Shown: positions 37,782-48,482, counted from the first letter of the stretch. The stretch is DNA of 64,000 nt from an uncultured virus (IMG/VR IMGVR_UViG_3300023273_001138) (IMGVR_UViG_3300023273_001138); one strand, 5' to 3'. The notes: generated by a model not told the origin, from the sequence alone. Translations and numbers: made by a program.

Positions 37782-40388
37782 ATGGCTAGCAGAGACGAAT
37801 TACAAATTTTACAACAACTAAGAAGAGAGTCAAAAGCTTATCTTGATGAACTTTTAGCGGGTAAAACTGCTGAAGGGCGCATTGATGCAAAAAAACTTCC
37901 GGAATATAAAGCCCAGCTAGCAAAATTAAAAGAGATAAATGAACAAATAAAAGAAATACAAGCCAATCACAAAATTGTAGTAGATAGTTTAATTCAACAA
38001 GAATCAAAACTAAAAGGATTAACTGGTATTCAAGCATCTTTAGTTAATTTAGATAGAGATAGGTTAAAAATACAACAAGGTCTTAAAGGGCCTACGCAAG
38101 ATGCGATAAATTCAATTGCATCATTGAATCAGGATTTGTTATCAATGTCAGCTGAAGATTCTGTTGCACGAGAACTTCAAGAAAAATCTATAAATGAACA
38201 AATTGCAGCTTTAAGGAAAAAAGGAACTGTTAGTGAAGAGATTCTAAATAATTTAGAACAACAAAGAGATGTTGCCCTCAAAATGTCTGGATTGACTGAA
38301 AAACAGAAAAAATTCTTAAATAAACAATTAGAAGTATATGATGGTATAAAAGATACCATTGGTGGAATATTAGAAACTGCATCATTACTTACATCAACTG
38401 TTGGTGGAGTATTAGGTAGTGCTTTAATTGGTGCTGGTGTTGCTGGTAAAAAATTATTGAAAACTTCATATGAATTGGGTGGTTCTCTAACTTCTACCTC
38501 TAATATAGCAACCACATTATTTGGGACAGTGTTCCCAGACGCAGTTGGTGTTACTAAATCTCTTTCAAAAGAATTTGGTGGATTAAGTGATGTATCATTA
38601 AAAACACAATTCAGAACTAACGTAATAGCTAAGAACTTAGGTATTAGTGCTGGTGAAGCGGCATCTTTAACAGGTTCGTTTGCTCGTTTAAATGATGGTT
38701 CTGCCGAAACTGCACAAAACTTAATTCAACAAACCCAGAATTTAGCACAACAAAATGGATTAGTTCCTGCCGATGTAATGGCTGATGTAGCCGCATCTGC
38801 TGAAGAGTTTGCACTCTATGGTAAGGCTGGTGGTACGAATATAGCTGAAGCTGCTGTTGCTGCTGGTAAGTTAGGTGTTAGTATGAAAACCCTTAGTGGT
38901 ATCACCGATAACCTATTAGATTTTGAATCATCGATAAACGCCGAATTAGAATTAGGTGCAATGTTAGGTAAGAATATCAACTTAGATAGAGCCAGAGCAT
39001 TAGCATACGAAGGAGATATAGGTGGTTCAGTAAGAGAAACACTTTCCGCATTGGGTGGTATTGAGGAATTCAATAAAATGGATTATTTCCAAAAGAAACA
39101 AACCGCAGCACTATTAGGCGTATCGGTGGAAGAATTCCAAAAGATGGCTGATAATGCTGATAAATTGGATAAAAACGGCCAGATAACCTTATCTACTTAT
39201 GATAAATTAACAAACACTGCTAAAGCATTTGGTTCGCAAATTTTGAGTGGTGTACAAGGTTTAGGTAGTGTGGCAGTTGCTGCTGGGCAGATGGGATTCA
39301 ATTTAAAGGATGGTTTAAAATCCATGAAAGGAATGGGTGGGTTAACCGGAAAACTTAAAGGATTATTGGGTAAAGATGCATTATCAAAAGCAAGAAAGAA
39401 CTTATCAGATAAACAAATAGCAGCTGGATTTGGGGGTAAGAAAGCCAAAGATATGTTAGCAGCTAAAACACCAAAAGTACCAGAAACTTCAGTTAGTGAT
39501 AATTTAAATAAAACCGCAGGTAGTAAAGGACCTAAAGCTAGTAATTTACTAAAAGGTGCTGCTGCTATCCTTATTCTAGCAGCTGCATTATTCGTTGCTG
39601 CTAAAGCATTCCAAGAATTCGGTTCAGTAACATGGCCTGCTGTTGGGATGGGATTAGCTAGTTTAGTTGGTTTAGCTGCAATTGCTTATGTGTTAGGAAA
39701 AGCTCAAGGTGAAATGATTAAGGGTGCAATTGCTGTGGCTATTTTAGGAGCTGCACTTATTCCATTCGCATTCTCAATGAGTTTAATTGCTGGATTGGAT
39801 ATTGGTTCAGTAATGGCAGCAGCGGCAGGATTGGTAGTATTCTCAGCAGCTGTGTTCGGACTTGGTGCATTAATGATGACTGGTGTAGGGGCATTTATAT
39901 TTGGTGCTGGATTAGCTGCATTAGCTGGATTGGGTGTATCTATGATGGTATTGGGTGCTGGTTTATTAGTTGCAGCAGCTGGATTCCAAGCAATTGGAGG
40001 TTCGATGGGAAGTGTGGTATCACTTATATCTCAAGTTAAAGATGTTTTAGGTGGTATGTTCCAATATATCGCACCTATTGCCGCATTAGCATTGGCATTG
40101 GTTGGATTAGCTGGTGCATTAACACTGGTTGGTGTAGCTGGTATTGCTGCTCTACCAGGTCTGATGGCAGTTGCTGCTGTTGGAACAATCGCAATGGGAG
40201 TTGGTTCTCTATTAGGATTTGGTGGAGATGAAGGTGGAGGTTCTGATTCTGATTTAATAACTGAAATTAGAGGATTGAGAGAAGATTTAAACAATGGTAA
40301 AGTTGCAGTTTACTTAGATGGGCAGAAAGTAACTGCTGGAGTTTCAAGAGTAGTAAGTAGAGTGGGAAGTAATTCTTACGCAACATAA
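37782..40388 (+). CDS. Tape measure protein
   Basis: Coiled-coil N-terminus, LLDFESSI.AELE...G..INL.RAR motif, long Ala/Gly-rich hydrophobic C-terminal half, canonical position. Confidence 0.85.
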   Translation: MASRDELQILQQLRRESKAYLDELLAGKTAEGRIDAKKLPEYKAQLAKLKEINEQIKEIQANHKIVVDSLIQQESKLKGLTGIQASLVNLDRDRLKIQQGLKGPTQDAINSIASLNQDLLSMSAEDSVARELQEKSINEQIAALRKKGTVSEEILNNLEQQRDVALKMSGLTEKQKKFLNKQLEVYDGIKDTIGGILETASLLTSTVGGVLGSALIGAGVAGKKLLKTSYELGGSLTSTSNIATTLFGTVFPDAVGVTKSLSKEFGGLSDVSLKTQFRTNVIAKNLGISAGEAASLTGSFARLNDGSAETAQNLIQQTQNLAQQNGLVPADVMADVAASAEEFALYGKAGGTNIAEAAVAAGKLGVSMKTLSGITDNLLDFESSINAELELGAMLGKNINLDRARALAYEGDIGGSVRETLSALGGIEEFNKMDYFQKKQTAALLGVSVEEFQKMADNADKLDKNGQITLSTYDKLTNTAKAFGSQILSGVQGLGSVAVAAGQMGFNLKDGLKSMKGMGGLTGKLKGLLGKDALSKARKNLSDKQIAAGFGGKKAKDMLAAKTPKVPETSVSDNLNKTAGSKGPKASNLLKGAAAILILAAALFVAAKAFQEFGSVTWPAVGMGLASLVGLAAIAYVLGKAQGEMIKGAIAVAILGAALIPFAFSMSLIAGLDIGSVMAAAAGLVVFSAAVFGLGALMMTGVGAFIFGAGLAALAGLGVSMMVLGAGLLVAAAGFQAIGGSMGSVVSLISQVKDVLGGMFQYIAPIAALALALVGLAGALTLVGVAGIAALPGLMAVAAVGTIAMGVGSLLGFGGDEGGGSDSDLITEIRGLREDLNNGKVAVYLDGQKVTAGVSRVVSRVGSNSYAT

Positions 40389-40394
40389 TATATT

Positions 40395-42128
40395 ATGCCA
40401 ACATTAGAAGAATTATTTAAAAGTAAACAATTACCCTCTCAGGGCGGAAAAACTGCTGAGGAAGCTTATGCTATTAGAGATAGTAAGGATATACGAATAT
40501 CTTCATCAAATCCATTAGTGAATGTAACTGGTATGTTATTGGCTAGGGGTGCTAGAAAGTTGTTAGGAATTAGAACTGATGAATCTTTAGTAGAACAAGA
40601 AGTAACTGGTTTAAGAGTTATTAGATTTGGTTCGATACCTATGATATATGGTTCGGATACACCAAGAATAACTTTAAGAACAACCGATTCGATTTCAAAA
40701 ATGAAAGCAGAGACATCTGGAGAAATAACAGGTGCTACTGGTTTAATGGCTAAGATAGGAAGTGCGGCATCAAGTGTAAAAAGTGCATTAGGATTACCAA
40801 CCAAAGCAATTCCAACATTTGTAGTAAATGGATTGGAAAGTGAAAGAATTGGTGAAACTCAAAAAAGAATGAGCCAATTACAAAAGATTTTAAAATCAGC
40901 AGAAGGAACAGCTGCAGGAAAACTTTTAGGATTTATTGGTGAAAATGCTGGAGGTGGTACACCAGATGCTATTGGTAGAAATTTAGTGGGTGGTGCTATA
41001 AGTGCTGGTAAGCAAGAATTAGGTAAAAAACTATTTGGAAGTAGAGGTGGTAGTTCTTTGGGATTAGCAACGGGTAGAATACCAAGTGGAATTACACCAA
41101 CCCCATCTAACGAATTTCCAACTTTATATACTGATAAAAGTTTAAGAAATTGGGGTAAATTTGGATTTAATTATGGTTCGTTAGAACCAACTACTGGTGC
41201 TCAAAGATTAAAAGAAGATAAAAAGGGAAATAGGTATAGTAAAACTATCATCAAAGAAGGTAATGATAAAAATGATTTATCTTATAAACAAGAAGTTGAA
41301 AATGTACCAACTATTAAATTTAGTGCTGAACCTGAAAGAGCAAGTAAATTTTCAAATGTAACTAAAAACCCAAATTATAAAGATGTATCTACGGAAAACT
41401 TCTTAGAAACAAAAAGAGGAATGTACACCATTAGTGATAAAGTAAATATGAGTGGTGTGTATGCTGGTGAGGGTGATGATGAATTAGATGCATTAGATTT
41501 CGTAACTCTTAAATTTACTTCATTAGGTACAGTTAGTGGAGCATTACGTTCAGCAAATTTTAGAGCAACTATTAGTGGATTAACTGAAACCTTTTCTCCC
41601 TCTTGGAGTGGACAAAAATTTATTGGAAACCCATTTAGTTATTATACATACGATGGAATAGAACGAAGTGTTTCTTTTAATTTTAAAACATATTCTTTAA
41701 ACGCAGCAGAACATAAAAAGGCTTGGGATAAACTTAACTTTTTATCTGGATTAACTTATCCAGCTGATTATTATGGAAACTCCGCTATAAAATCACCACT
41801 TATAATGTTTACATTGGGTGATATGTATAATAAAAAGGCAGGTTTTATAGAATCTCTTTCATATACTATTGATGATACTACACCTTGGCAAGTGATGAGT
41901 GAGGAAAATACTCATTTAAATAATACAGCTCAAATTACAAGTCAACTATTATATGGTAAACCAAACGGAATACCCCAAAACCCACAAAATAATGAAATAG
42001 ATATGACTGGTTATAGATTACCTACAATTGTTGATGTGGCTATTACCATTAAATTTGTTGAAAATAGAAAAGAAACTGGTACTGAAGATGGTAATAGAAA
42101 ACTTTATACATTTACATCACAAACATAA
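40395..42128 (+). CDS. Baseplate / tail-tube initiator-like protein (gp48/gp54 or P2 gpU-like C-terminal domain)
   Basis: FRATISGLTETFSPSW....IG....YTY.G.ERSVSFNF...P.I..TLGD motif; follows the tape measure. Confidence 0.7.
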   Translation: MPTLEELFKSKQLPSQGGKTAEEAYAIRDSKDIRISSSNPLVNVTGMLLARGARKLLGIRTDESLVEQEVTGLRVIRFGSIPMIYGSDTPRITLRTTDSISKMKAETSGEITGATGLMAKIGSAASSVKSALGLPTKAIPTFVVNGLESERIGETQKRMSQLQKILKSAEGTAAGKLLGFIGENAGGGTPDAIGRNLVGGAISAGKQELGKKLFGSRGGSSLGLATGRIPSGITPTPSNEFPTLYTDKSLRNWGKFGFNYGSLEPTTGAQRLKEDKKGNRYSKTIIKEGNDKNDLSYKQEVENVPTIKFSAEPERASKFSNVTKNPNYKDVSTENFLETKRGMYTISDKVNMSGVYAGEGDDELDALDFVTLKFTSLGTVSGALRSANFRATISGLTETFSPSWSGQKFIGNPFSYYTYDGIERSVSFNFKTYSLNAAEHKKAWDKLNFLSGLTYPADYYGNSAIKSPLIMFTLGDMYNKKAGFIESLSYTIDDTTPWQVMSEENTHLNNTAQITSQLLYGKPNGIPQNPQNNEIDMTGYRLPTIVDVAITIKFVENRKETGTEDGNRKLYTFTSQT

Positions 42129-42134
42129 TAAACT

Positions 42135-42425
42135 ATGGCAAGTAGATATCAAAATAACGAAGTTAAAAAAATAGGAGATGGTAGAATAGTATATCGTTCT
42201 AAAATATATCCTCAAATACCATTGAGAGATGATGATATTATAGTAGCATCTGAGACTGGTGATAGATTGGATACAATTGCTTATCACTATTATGGTGATG
42301 CATCCCTTTGGTGGATTATCGCAGCTGCCAATAACATTCACAATGCACCATTTGGTTTAAAAGATGGTACGATTTTAAGAATACCACAAAACTTTATAGA
42401 GATAAACAATCAATTTAAAAAATAA
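42135..42425 (+). CDS. LysM-like baseplate protein (P2 gpX / T4 gp53-like)
   Basis: GDRLDTIAYHYYGDASLWWIIAAAN...G..LRIP. Confidence 0.9.
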   Translation: MASRYQNNEVKKIGDGRIVYRSKIYPQIPLRDDDIIVASETGDRLDTIAYHYYGDASLWWIIAAANNIHNAPFGLKDGTILRIPQNFIEINNQFKK

Positions 42426-42430
42426 GTTAT

Positions 42431-44647
42431 ATGTCATTTCCGAATTTCTCAAATATTCAGGATTTTGTTAGAAGTACTTTATTAAAAAGAGTAGGCAATA
42501 CTGAATTATTATCAAAACTAAATCCATTTGTAAGATTGGTTTCTGGTGGTGGGGGTGGATTAGTTTTAGATTCAAATCCAGATAATAATTTGTTTAGAGC
42601 AGCTGGTAGAACATATGGTTCATCTACACAAGCTGGTAGAATAGGTACAACTTGGGGTGGTGCTGATATAAATCCCTCTGCTGGACAAGGTTATAGACCT
42701 TCTCCAATTGTAACCTCATTAGAAGTGGATGAGGGTTCTGGTAATTTGAGTAGAAAAGCAAGTTTTTCTATAACTTGTTTTACTAAAGAACAAATGGAAG
42801 TGTTAACTAGATACTTTTTAGAACCTGGTATGAGTGTGTTTATAGAATGGGGCTGGAATACATCAAATGGTGTTAGTGGATTAACACCATTAAATGCATC
42901 TGCAATATCTAAATTTCAAAATTCATCAAATACTAATAATGTAAGGAGTAATACTGGTGGTGAATATGATAATTACTTGGGATTTTCAACTGGTGGTGGT
43001 GTTTCTTTAGATGGTGATAAATGGACAATAAATGTAAATTGTACAGGATATACGGAATTACCAACATATTTACTTACTACCGAAACCGGTGAACAAAAAC
43101 TAAACGAATCAAAAAAATTAACATCAGCTGAACCATTTGGTTTAAATTTTATTGATTCTAAAAATAGTAGTTTGGGTGATGAACGTTTTATGAAAATGTT
43201 TAATGAATTACCACAAACAAGACAAACTTTAGCAGTAAAGGGATTACGAAGTAAGTTTGCAGCAGATGATACTTATTTAATAAATTTTGATGATGAGGTT
43301 ATTGAAGAATTAAATGATGAATCTGATGGATTTACTATTCCTGGTCTTGGTTGGGAAGTTACACAAGGAAAAATGACAATTGATGGAAAAAAAGTCAAAT
43401 TTCCAACGGGTACAAAAATAACTGGAGATGAAAGATTTATACGATTTGATGGTATGATGGATATCATATATGAAATTGGTATTTCTGGTTATACTTTACC
43501 TGATGGTACTGAAATAACTTTTGAAATTGATTATAAAGATACTGCATGTTTAGCGTTTGAAAAAATATATAGTACTGACCCATCTAAATTATTTATACCA
43601 AATCCACAATCACCTAAATTTAATTTAGCTGCTATTAGTGCTGATAAAGGATTACCATCAATTGAAGAAATTAGAAATGCCGGTACAGTAAACAATTCAC
43701 CACTTAATAAAATTAAATTTCCAAACCCAAACAATTATTCATTTACACCTTCGGATGGAGGAAAGGTAGTGACCAAAGACCCTAATCAATGGGGATACTT
43801 AAAAGATTTGTATGTTAACTTTGATTTTTTTAAAGGTATATTAGATACTAAACAATTTTATCTAAAAGATGCTCTTTATCAAATTTTAAATGGAATATCA
43901 TCAGCTGTAAATGGTATGTGGGATTTTCAAATACAAGAATCAGAAGTAACATCTGGCAAGAAAAAAGTAAACAAATTAAAAATATTTGAAATGAATCTTA
44001 TATCGAATGGAAAACAAACTCCTGCATATACATTTGAAATGATAGGAGCAGATTCGGTATTTATTGATGCTAGTTTAGATTTGGATATTAGTGGTGCTAA
44101 AATGAATCAAGTTATAGGTTCAAAATTAGGAGCAGATTTAAATGGTGATTCTAAAAAAGTATCATTATTTTCTAAAGGGAATGTACTTAATGACCAATTA
44201 GGTGTAAAATTAAAAAGAAAAAATACAAACAAAAACGACCCTAAGACTCAAACTGAGCAAGATAAAAAAGATATAGCAGAAGCTAATTTAAATATTATGT
44301 TAGGTAAAGCTCGTTTTTATCCAAAGGTTGAAATAAATGATAAATCTAGTATGAGTCAAGACCTTTATGATTTGTGTTATTTGGGGGCTTATAAAGATGC
44401 TGGTATATTTACCGCACTAAAAACAGGAAATGATGAAGATGCTTCATCCGCAACTCCTTTAATGCCAATTAACTTCACTTTTAAGGTTCATGGTGTTAGT
44501 GGTATAAGAAGAGGTGATATGTTTAAAGTAAATGGAGTACCATCTGTATATAATGATGGATTTTTTCAAGTATTAAGTGTTAAACATAGTATTGAGGGTA
44601 TGATGTGGACAACCGAAGTAAGTGGTGGATATAGAAATAATAAATAA
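42431..44647 (+). CDS. Baseplate hub protein (gp27 / P2 gpD-like)
   Basis: FLEPG.SVFIEWGW near the N-terminus; C-terminal G.SGI..GD.F......P......FQV..VKH.I....WTT. Confidence 0.7.
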   Translation: MSFPNFSNIQDFVRSTLLKRVGNTELLSKLNPFVRLVSGGGGGLVLDSNPDNNLFRAAGRTYGSSTQAGRIGTTWGGADINPSAGQGYRPSPIVTSLEVDEGSGNLSRKASFSITCFTKEQMEVLTRYFLEPGMSVFIEWGWNTSNGVSGLTPLNASAISKFQNSSNTNNVRSNTGGEYDNYLGFSTGGGVSLDGDKWTINVNCTGYTELPTYLLTTETGEQKLNESKKLTSAEPFGLNFIDSKNSSLGDERFMKMFNELPQTRQTLAVKGLRSKFAADDTYLINFDDEVIEELNDESDGFTIPGLGWEVTQGKMTIDGKKVKFPTGTKITGDERFIRFDGMMDIIYEIGISGYTLPDGTEITFEIDYKDTACLAFEKIYSTDPSKLFIPNPQSPKFNLAAISADKGLPSIEEIRNAGTVNNSPLNKIKFPNPNNYSFTPSDGGKVVTKDPNQWGYLKDLYVNFDFFKGILDTKQFYLKDALYQILNGISSAVNGMWDFQIQESEVTSGKKKVNKLKIFEMNLISNGKQTPAYTFEMIGADSVFIDASLDLDISGAKMNQVIGSKLGADLNGDSKKVSLFSKGNVLNDQLGVKLKRKNTNKNDPKTQTEQDKKDIAEANLNIMLGKARFYPKVEINDKSSMSQDLYDLCYLGAYKDAGIFTALKTGNDEDASSATPLMPINFTFKVHGVSGIRRGDMFKVNGVPSVYNDGFFQVLSVKHSIEGMMWTTEVSGGYRNNK

Positions 44648-44649
44648 TT

Positions 44650-45003
44650 ATGAATATAGATAGATATAAGGAAATAGCTCATTTGGGTTCTGAGTTTAAT
44701 CAGACAAACATAGTAGCATATATACCTAAACCAATTGATATTGATTATAATCGAGGATATATTACTAGATACTTTATTCAAAAATCAAATGACCCATCTT
44801 CCGTAATATACGAAATTAGAAAAAAATCTACCTCTAAGTTTTCTACTAATTCATTTTATAATGTAGTTTCATTAGATTGGAGAATTAAAGGAAGTCCATC
44901 CGAAGTAAAGAAATCAAATTCGGCATCTGTAAGAATAGCATCTCAATCAATGAGAAATATTCAACTATATCTTCCCAACCTTTTACAATTTCATAAGAAA
45001 TAA
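44650..45003 (+). CDS. Hypothetical protein at the end of the baseplate unit
   Basis: P...DY.RGYI.RYF and L.W.I.G motifs; directly coupled to the hub gene. Confidence 0.6.
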   Translation: MNIDRYKEIAHLGSEFNQTNIVAYIPKPIDIDYNRGYITRYFIQKSNDPSSVIYEIRKKSTSKFSTNSFYNVVSLDWRIKGSPSEVKKSNSASVRIASQSMRNIQLYLPNLLQFHKK

Positions 45004-45035
45004 TTTGGATAATTAAAATATTTTTCTTATATTTG
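45004..45035 (+). promoter_or_regulatory. Bacteroidota-type housekeeping-sigma promoter (-33 TTTG / -7 TATATTTG)
   Basis: TTTG at 45004-7, 20-nt spacer, TATATTTG at 45028-35. Confidence 0.8.
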
Positions 45036-45039
45036 TTGG

Positions 45040-46323
45040 ATGATTGTAGTAGAGTCTAACAAAGAGAAGGAAGAATTTATCAAAAGATGGGAATCTGAAC
45101 CATCTATTGTAGTTCCCATATGGTGTGATTTAGAAAAACACCCGATGAACAATGAACTTGCGTTTTTGTTCGTTATGATTGGAAAATCCACCTTTATCCT
45201 CATATATAATCATATTGATGGGAAATCCCATCATTTAGACCTTTCCAAATCTACACAACCAAAATGGGTGTGGAATAAAAAGGGCTTATTACAAAGTGGT
45301 ACAAATATACAAAATATTTTTGATATATCCAATTATTACTTCTTTGAAAAGAATCAAACTATACCCGATGAGGTACAAAATCAACCATTTATATCACATT
45401 ATACCCGAATGGGTATAAGAGATGGTTTGGGAAAGATAGCACCTTTGATGAAGTGGGGAGAGTACTTAAAATCATTTGTTGATAATATAAGTAGTACTAT
45501 TCCTCCTCCCGATTTATCTCCTAAAAGTTGGATTGATGACACGATGATTCCTCTTTTATCTCAGATTGAACGATATGGTGTTCGGGTCGATGGGAGAAAA
45601 TTTTTTGATAGATATCCACAAGCCACTAAACATTTAAACAACAATATCGTATATACCGAATATAACCCATATACCATTACATCCCGTCCTTCCAACCGAT
45701 TTGGGGGAATCAACTTCTCTGCTTTAAATAAAAAGGATGGTACGAGAGAAGTGTTTATTCCCAAAGATGGGCACATATTCCTACAAATGGATTATGATGC
45801 CTATCACCCCCGAATCATCGGTAAGTTGATTGATTACGATTTACCCAATACTTCCGTTCACCAATGGTTAGCGGACCAATATGGAGTTCCATACGATGAA
45901 TCTAAGGGAATCACATTCCAACTCCTTTATGGTGGGATACCCGAAGAGTTCGACTCTATTCCTTATTATAAGAAGGTTAGAGAGTACATCGATGTAATGT
46001 GGAGTAAGGCATCGGAAATGGGTTATGTATCGACTTACAACCGAAATATACCTCTCTCATCGATAGAAGATTCAAATCCTCAAAAAGTATTCAACTATTT
46101 ATTACAAGCAACTGAAACTGAGTTGAATATGAAAACAATCCAAAAAGTGTTGGAGTTTATTCAACAAACCGATATTGAGTTGACCTTATATACTTATGAT
46201 TCATTCTTATTCTCTTATCCATTAGATACTCCTAAAGAACACGCTCTAAAATTGAAACAAATAGTAGAGAGTAATGGTTTCCCTATAAAAGCTAGTTGGG
46301 GAACGGATTACTCAAAACTTTAA
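45040..46323 (+). CDS. Short, atypical family-A DNA polymerase-like protein
   Basis: IERYGVRVD, TSRPS, motif A DYDAYHPR, motif B SKGITFQLLYGG, NYLLQATE, motif C YTYDS; only 427 aa. Confidence 0.8.
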   Translation: MIVVESNKEKEEFIKRWESEPSIVVPIWCDLEKHPMNNELAFLFVMIGKSTFILIYNHIDGKSHHLDLSKSTQPKWVWNKKGLLQSGTNIQNIFDISNYYFFEKNQTIPDEVQNQPFISHYTRMGIRDGLGKIAPLMKWGEYLKSFVDNISSTIPPPDLSPKSWIDDTMIPLLSQIERYGVRVDGRKFFDRYPQATKHLNNNIVYTEYNPYTITSRPSNRFGGINFSALNKKDGTREVFIPKDGHIFLQMDYDAYHPRIIGKLIDYDLPNTSVHQWLADQYGVPYDESKGITFQLLYGGIPEEFDSIPYYKKVREYIDVMWSKASEMGYVSTYNRNIPLSSIEDSNPQKVFNYLLQATETELNMKTIQKVLEFIQQTDIELTLYTYDSFLFSYPLDTPKEHALKLKQIVESNGFPIKASWGTDYSKL

Positions 46324-46331
46324 TATTTATA
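46323..46331 (+). promoter_or_regulatory. Putative late-promoter motif ATATTTATA
   Basis: Recurrent intergenic motif. Confidence 0.55.
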
Positions 46332-46351
46332 TGATATAGGAAGATTTAAGT

Positions 46352-48448
46352 ATGAATTACTTTAAAGAATTTATAAACGATTTATTAACGGAAGTTTCGT
46401 ATAGAACGGAAGGAGGTATTGTAGACCTGAAAAAATCAGAACACCTTACTATCTTATCTGAAGTATTGGATGAGTTGGGATTATCGGAAATTAAAGGTGA
46501 ATTATTCCAAACCCTTTTTGAAGCCGAAACAAAATCTGATGAAGATAAAAAATACAAAGGTATTGGTGGACAACCACCTGCTTATGTAAAATCTGGAGAT
46601 TACCAAAAATGGCAATCAAATCCAGACGGATTTACAGGTCCTAAATTTAGCAAAACTGAAACTGGTAAGTATGTTCAGATTGGTAATGGTGAAGATGGAG
46701 AAGGTGGTGAAGAATCAAAATCAAAAATCTTTCAACAAAATTATGATGCACCCGATATAGATAAAGAAGAAGATAAACCAACCGAAGAAAATAAATTAGA
46801 TAAAATTTCAGAAGAAAATACAAAAACTCAAAGTGATTTCATTCAAAATGGATTCAAAGCTGGAGCAGCTCCAGGTAATGCTGGTTCTATGTATAATGAA
46901 ATTATGAGTTGTAAAGTTTCTGAATTCTTTTTAAATAATCCAAATGCAACTGAAGAACAAGCATATAATCACTTAGTCCAATTAGAAGCTGGTGGTGAGT
47001 TAGCTCAACAAAATAATAAATCAAAAAATAGACCAGGTAGAATTACTTCTAATGATACAAAAGAATATGAGGGTAGTGGTGATTCAAATGAGTTGATTTC
47101 AAAAAGATTAATAGCAGTTCGTTCAGCTAAAAGAAAAGCTAAAAAAGTTGAAATAGCAAATGAACGATTGGGATGGGAGAATACCAAAACTTTAAACTTC
47201 TTTGGTGATACTAAAGGATTAAAAGCAATGGGTGGTGTTGTAGAAAATTCTAATGGTATTGTTGACCAACGAGGAAATCCAATATCAAAAGAGGAAGCAT
47301 TGGAATTGATTGCTACATCTGGTGGTGGAGAAAATCCATCTGATACTGGAACTGTAATTGTTAACAATAGTAATGGTGTAGTTACTTTGTTATTCCATTC
47401 TGATAAAGATTCAACCGCTGCATTGATTGCACAGTCTACATTTGGGGCAGAAATAGAGCAAGGTGAAAAAAGTATAGACAAATTAGTATCAGATAAAAAA
47501 CTAACACCAGAGCAAGCAAAAACTATAAAAACAACTAGAAGTGCATATGGTAGAAGAGTTGAAGAAACTGAAAACAAATTGAATGATGTAACATCAACTC
47601 CTGCTAAATTCTTAAAAGAGGGTATTGGGAATACAATCCAATCATCACAAGCGGTAAATCTCCTAAAGAACGCATCGGCTGGAGCAGACCCAGAGAAATA
47701 TTGGAAATCTCAAGTTCAAAAAAGATTCTCAAATCCAAATTTATTGTTACCACCAAAAGATGGTGAACCAAGAAAAAGAGTATCTGATTACTTACCTGAA
47801 GGTGTAACCGAACCAAATGATGAACAAATGGTGGAAGCTTATATCAATTGGTGTTCGGATGAGAGTTGGGGTAAATCTGAAGAATCACTTCCAAAGAACG
47901 ACCAAAAGTTAATTAATGATTTAAACACTAACTTTGGTGGACCGGATGTATTACAAGAAATTGATAAAATCAGAAGAGAAACTATTGAAATTCAAGAACA
48001 AATGATTGATGAGTTAGATACTCAACATCAAATTGAAATTGATGGTAAATCAATCGGATTGGGTACTTATATAGAAGCTCAAAATATTTGGGAAAAAGGA
48101 CACTTTACCGCAATCAACGCCGATAACGGTGTATTTAAGTATGATGGTATGTTTGAGGTAAATAATGGTGGTGTACCAATCGGACCAGAGGAGTTAAAAG
48201 GTTGTGCAAATATTGAAGATGAGAATGATTTCATCTCTCACTTTGAAGTGGGAACTGCTGAAGAAGTTGAAGGAAAGAGTGGTGGTGTAACTGGTTCTAA
48301 AAAGTTAGTTTACGCTATTTCTAAAAAAGGTAAACGAATTCCAATTATGGAAAAAAGACAGCGTTCTAAGAATGGTATTTTGGGAAGATTGAACTCTGTA
48401 TATGGTTGGAGTAGGGAAATGCAACAATGCTTTGATTCAAAGGGATAA
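46352..48448 (+). CDS. Hypothetical 698-aa protein (possible head-packaged protein)
   Basis: Clean ORF under the late motif; acidic N-terminus with LxE sites. Confidence 0.55.
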   Translation: MNYFKEFINDLLTEVSYRTEGGIVDLKKSEHLTILSEVLDELGLSEIKGELFQTLFEAETKSDEDKKYKGIGGQPPAYVKSGDYQKWQSNPDGFTGPKFSKTETGKYVQIGNGEDGEGGEESKSKIFQQNYDAPDIDKEEDKPTEENKLDKISEENTKTQSDFIQNGFKAGAAPGNAGSMYNEIMSCKVSEFFLNNPNATEEQAYNHLVQLEAGGELAQQNNKSKNRPGRITSNDTKEYEGSGDSNELISKRLIAVRSAKRKAKKVEIANERLGWENTKTLNFFGDTKGLKAMGGVVENSNGIVDQRGNPISKEEALELIATSGGGENPSDTGTVIVNNSNGVVTLLFHSDKDSTAALIAQSTFGAEIEQGEKSIDKLVSDKKLTPEQAKTIKTTRSAYGRRVEETENKLNDVTSTPAKFLKEGIGNTIQSSQAVNLLKNASAGADPEKYWKSQVQKRFSNPNLLLPPKDGEPRKRVSDYLPEGVTEPNDEQMVEAYINWCSDESWGKSEESLPKNDQKLINDLNTNFGGPDVLQEIDKIRRETIEIQEQMIDELDTQHQIEIDGKSIGLGTYIEAQNIWEKGHFTAINADNGVFKYDGMFEVNNGGVPIGPEELKGCANIEDENDFISHFEVGTAEEVEGKSGGVTGSKKLVYAISKKGKRIPIMEKRQRSKNGILGRLNSVYGWSREMQQCFDSKG

Positions 48449-48473
48449 TAATTACCCCCAAAAAAATAATCTG

Positions 48474-48482
48474 ATATTTATA
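48474..48482 (+). promoter_or_regulatory. Putative late-promoter motif ATATTTATA
   Basis: Recurrent motif upstream of the endolysin-containing unit. Confidence 0.55.
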
